Below are positions 62,046-64,000 of a DNA stretch of 64,000 bases, one piece after another. Made by a program: the position numbers and the translations under genes. The stretch's first letter is position 1, and every line of letters starts with the position of its first letter. Origin of the DNA: Patescibacteria group bacterium (GTDB lineage Bacteria > Patescibacteriota > Minisyncoccia > Phycocordibacterales > Phycocordibacteraceae); NCBI GenBank assembly GCA_040388985.1, contig JAZKAU010000001.1, forward strand, positions 59,359 to 123,358, written 5' to 3'. Below the pieces are notes generated by a model, which saw only the letters and a program-made list of their open reading frames with translations, was not told the origin of the DNA and searched no databases.

Positions 62046-63059
62046 ATGGCATCCTTTTCTCCGAAACTGGGTATCGACCTGGGTACCACCAATGTTCTGG
62101 TCTTTGTGCCGGGCCGCGGCGTGGTGCTCAATGAGCCGTCAGTGGTAGCCGTCTCGACCGAAACGAACAAGGTCGTGGCTATCGGCGTAGAAGCGAAGAA
62201 GATGGTGGGTCGCACTCCCGATTCCATCGTCGCGTACCGCCCCATGAAGGACGGTGTCATCGCCGACTACCGCGTCACCGAGGCGATGCTCAGATATTTC
62301 ATGCGCAAGGCGCTCGGGCGCTACAACCTCTTCAAGCCAACGGTACTCGTTTCGGTTCCGGCAGGCGTAACCAGTACCGAGAAGCGCGCAGTTATCGAGG
62401 CTGCAGCTAAAGCCGGCGCACGCGACGCATATGTCGTGAAGGAGCCTATCCTTGCGGCCATAGGCGCGGGCATTCCGATACATGAGGCGATGGGACGTAT
62501 GGTCGTCGACATCGGCGGCGGCACTATCGACGTGGCGGTGATTTCCCTGGGAGGCATCGTCGCTTCGACTTCGGTCAAGGTCGCGGGCAATGCGCTCGAT
62601 CGCGCCATCATCGACCACGTGAAGAAGCACTACAATCTCGCCATCGGGGACAAGACGGCGGAAGACATAAAGATACAGGTCGGCTCTGCCGTGCCGGTCA
62701 CCGAAGAGCTTACGATGGCTATAAAAGGCCGTGATCTGGTGTCAGGGCTGCCGCGCACGGTAGACCTCAAGACTAATCAGGTCGTGCAGGCGCTCTCACG
62801 CGAGCTGCGCGAGATGATGGGCGCCATCCGTAAAGTGCTTCAGGAGACGCCGCCGGAGCTGGCTTCCGACATCATCGATAACGGCATCATCCTTACGGGC
62901 GGCACCTCTCAGCTGCGCAATCTTCCGGAACTCGTGCTCAGGCGTACCGGCGTACAATCGCGTCTGGCTGACGACGCCTATTTCTGTGTGGCGCGCGGCA
63001 CAGGCGTCGCGCTCAAGCATCTGGATATGTATAAGAAAAGCATCATCTCAAAACGCTAA
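62046..63059 (+). CDS. mreB: Rod shape-determining protein MreB
   Basis: GIDLGT, EPSVVA, DIGGGT, LTGG. Confidence 0.97.
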   Translation: MASFSPKLGIDLGTTNVLVFVPGRGVVLNEPSVVAVSTETNKVVAIGVEAKKMVGRTPDSIVAYRPMKDGVIADYRVTEAMLRYFMRKALGRYNLFKPTVLVSVPAGVTSTEKRAVIEAAAKAGARDAYVVKEPILAAIGAGIPIHEAMGRMVVDIGGGTIDVAVISLGGIVASTSVKVAGNALDRAIIDHVKKHYNLAIGDKTAEDIKIQVGSAVPVTEELTMAIKGRDLVSGLPRTVDLKTNQVVQALSRELREMMGAIRKVLQETPPELASDIIDNGIILTGGTSQLRNLPELVLRRTGVQSRLADDAYFCVARGTGVALKHLDMYKKSIISKR

Positions 63060-63142
63060 ACGTAGAGTAAGAAATATATGACGAAGAACGGGCCCTGCGT
63101 GAAGCGCAGGGCCCGTTTCTCATGTCTTCCGCGAGAGTCCGG

Positions 63143-63598
63143 TCAGAACCGCAGGTCGACACCGGCTTCAAAGCGCGTCCTGCCATGGGGACCAGGCTGA
63201 ACGAACAGACCGCCCTTCCAACCTTCTCCCATATGGGGGACAGGGAGGTCATGCAGGATCATGAGGCGCATGCGCCTCACTCGGCCGCCGCCCGGAAGTC
63301 CGAAGACACGGGCGCTGCGGACGATGCCGGTTCGTGCTGACCATCCGCCAAGGAGCGGAAGGCCCGGAGGCAAATTGTTCTGGATGGCCGCGCGGTCCCG
63401 CACGATGTCCGACTCCTGCCATGACGGCGCCAGGATCTCCAGCCGGTAACTCTTGGAAGCCGGGATATGGAGATCAAGCGTCATGAGGGTCGGAGCGGGA
63501 GTGACGGTCTGAAGTGGTGTGTCGGCTTTCACCGCCACCTGCGCGCTCGCGGGAATAGTCCAGAGCGCGCACATGAGAAGAGCTGCAATGCCACGCAT
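63143..63598 (-). CDS. Orphan secreted protein (GC-rich)
   Basis: Signal peptide ending ASA-Q; AAAGGA SD; TTGACA upstream; C-terminal Phe. Confidence 0.6.
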   Translation of the reverse strand: MRGIAALLMCALWTIPASAQVAVKADTPLQTVTPAPTLMTLDLHIPASKSYRLEILAPSWQESDIVRDRAAIQNNLPPGLPLLGGWSARTGIVRSARVFGLPGGGRVRRMRLMILHDLPVPHMGEGWKGGLFVQPGPHGRTRFEAGVDLRF

Positions 63599-63751
63599 CG
63601 GGGATTCCTTTCGGTATGCAATCCGATAGCGATTCGCTACCCATATCTATCATCGCCACAAATCGGAAGAGTGTCAATTGACCTGGATGCGTGAGCATAT
63701 CCGACATGAGCGGGAGCAGGGAGGCGCAGGGCGGAGTATGATAGATGCATC

Positions 63752-64000
63752 ATGGCTCAAGCGTATTACGTTGCGGGTGAAGCGGAAGAAGGCATAGCAG
63801 AGGCGCTCGCCTTCGGCGAGCGCCTGCTCGGAATCCCCGCTGCGGGAAATCCGGATGTTGTCGTACTGCGTTTCGGCCTCTTCTCGGTTGACGATGCGCG
63901 GCGTCTCATGGATACGGCATATCGAAGCGCGAGCGGCGACCGCGGGCGCGTAGTAGTCGCGAGTGCGACGCGCATCTTCCACGAAGCACAGAACGCGCTT
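63752..64000 (+). CDS. holB: DNA polymerase III delta-prime-like protein (5' part, runs off window)
   Basis: NPDV....FSVDDAR, HEAQNAL; absent from the ORF track. Confidence 0.7.
   Translation, partial: MAQAYYVAGEAEEGIAEALAFGERLLGIPAAGNPDVVVLRFGLFSVDDARRLMDTAYRSASGDRGRVVVASATRIFHEAQNAL

Overview
This 64 kb window is bacterial chromosome, most consistent with a Patescibacteria/CPR (Parcubacteria-like) genome. That assignment is an inference from the mostly SD-less or leaderless core genes, short atpH/atpC, degenerate priA and NUDIX-inserted LeuRS. Core genes include the F1Fo ATP synthase operon, ychF, leuS, tdk, csp, class Ia nrdAB behind a cobalamin riboswitch, hpf, fmt, def, priA, murA, mreB and a partial holB. 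It also carries tRNA-Ala(GGC) and a tRNA-Asn(GUU) split by a group I-like intron. The main accessory region is an AT-richer island (~43.15-52.9 kb) at the 3' end of tRNA-Asn. It holds an internally deleted serine recombinase, an excisionase-like HTH gene, a Rep-like gene and a kinase-HAM1-PPase-Zn finger-HEPN-like operon. It also holds a stack of att-like scars that each encode an alternative recombinase C-terminus, suggesting an integron-like cassette array growing from the tRNA. Other signals: a six-copy covarying structured intergenic repeat family, two paralogous secreted LVIVD propeller proteins, two unannotated small basic ORFs, a 6S-like hairpin, and orphan genes with SD sites unlike the core genes. 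Coordinates were counted by eye and may be off by a few bases; family assignments are from motif recognition, not database searches.
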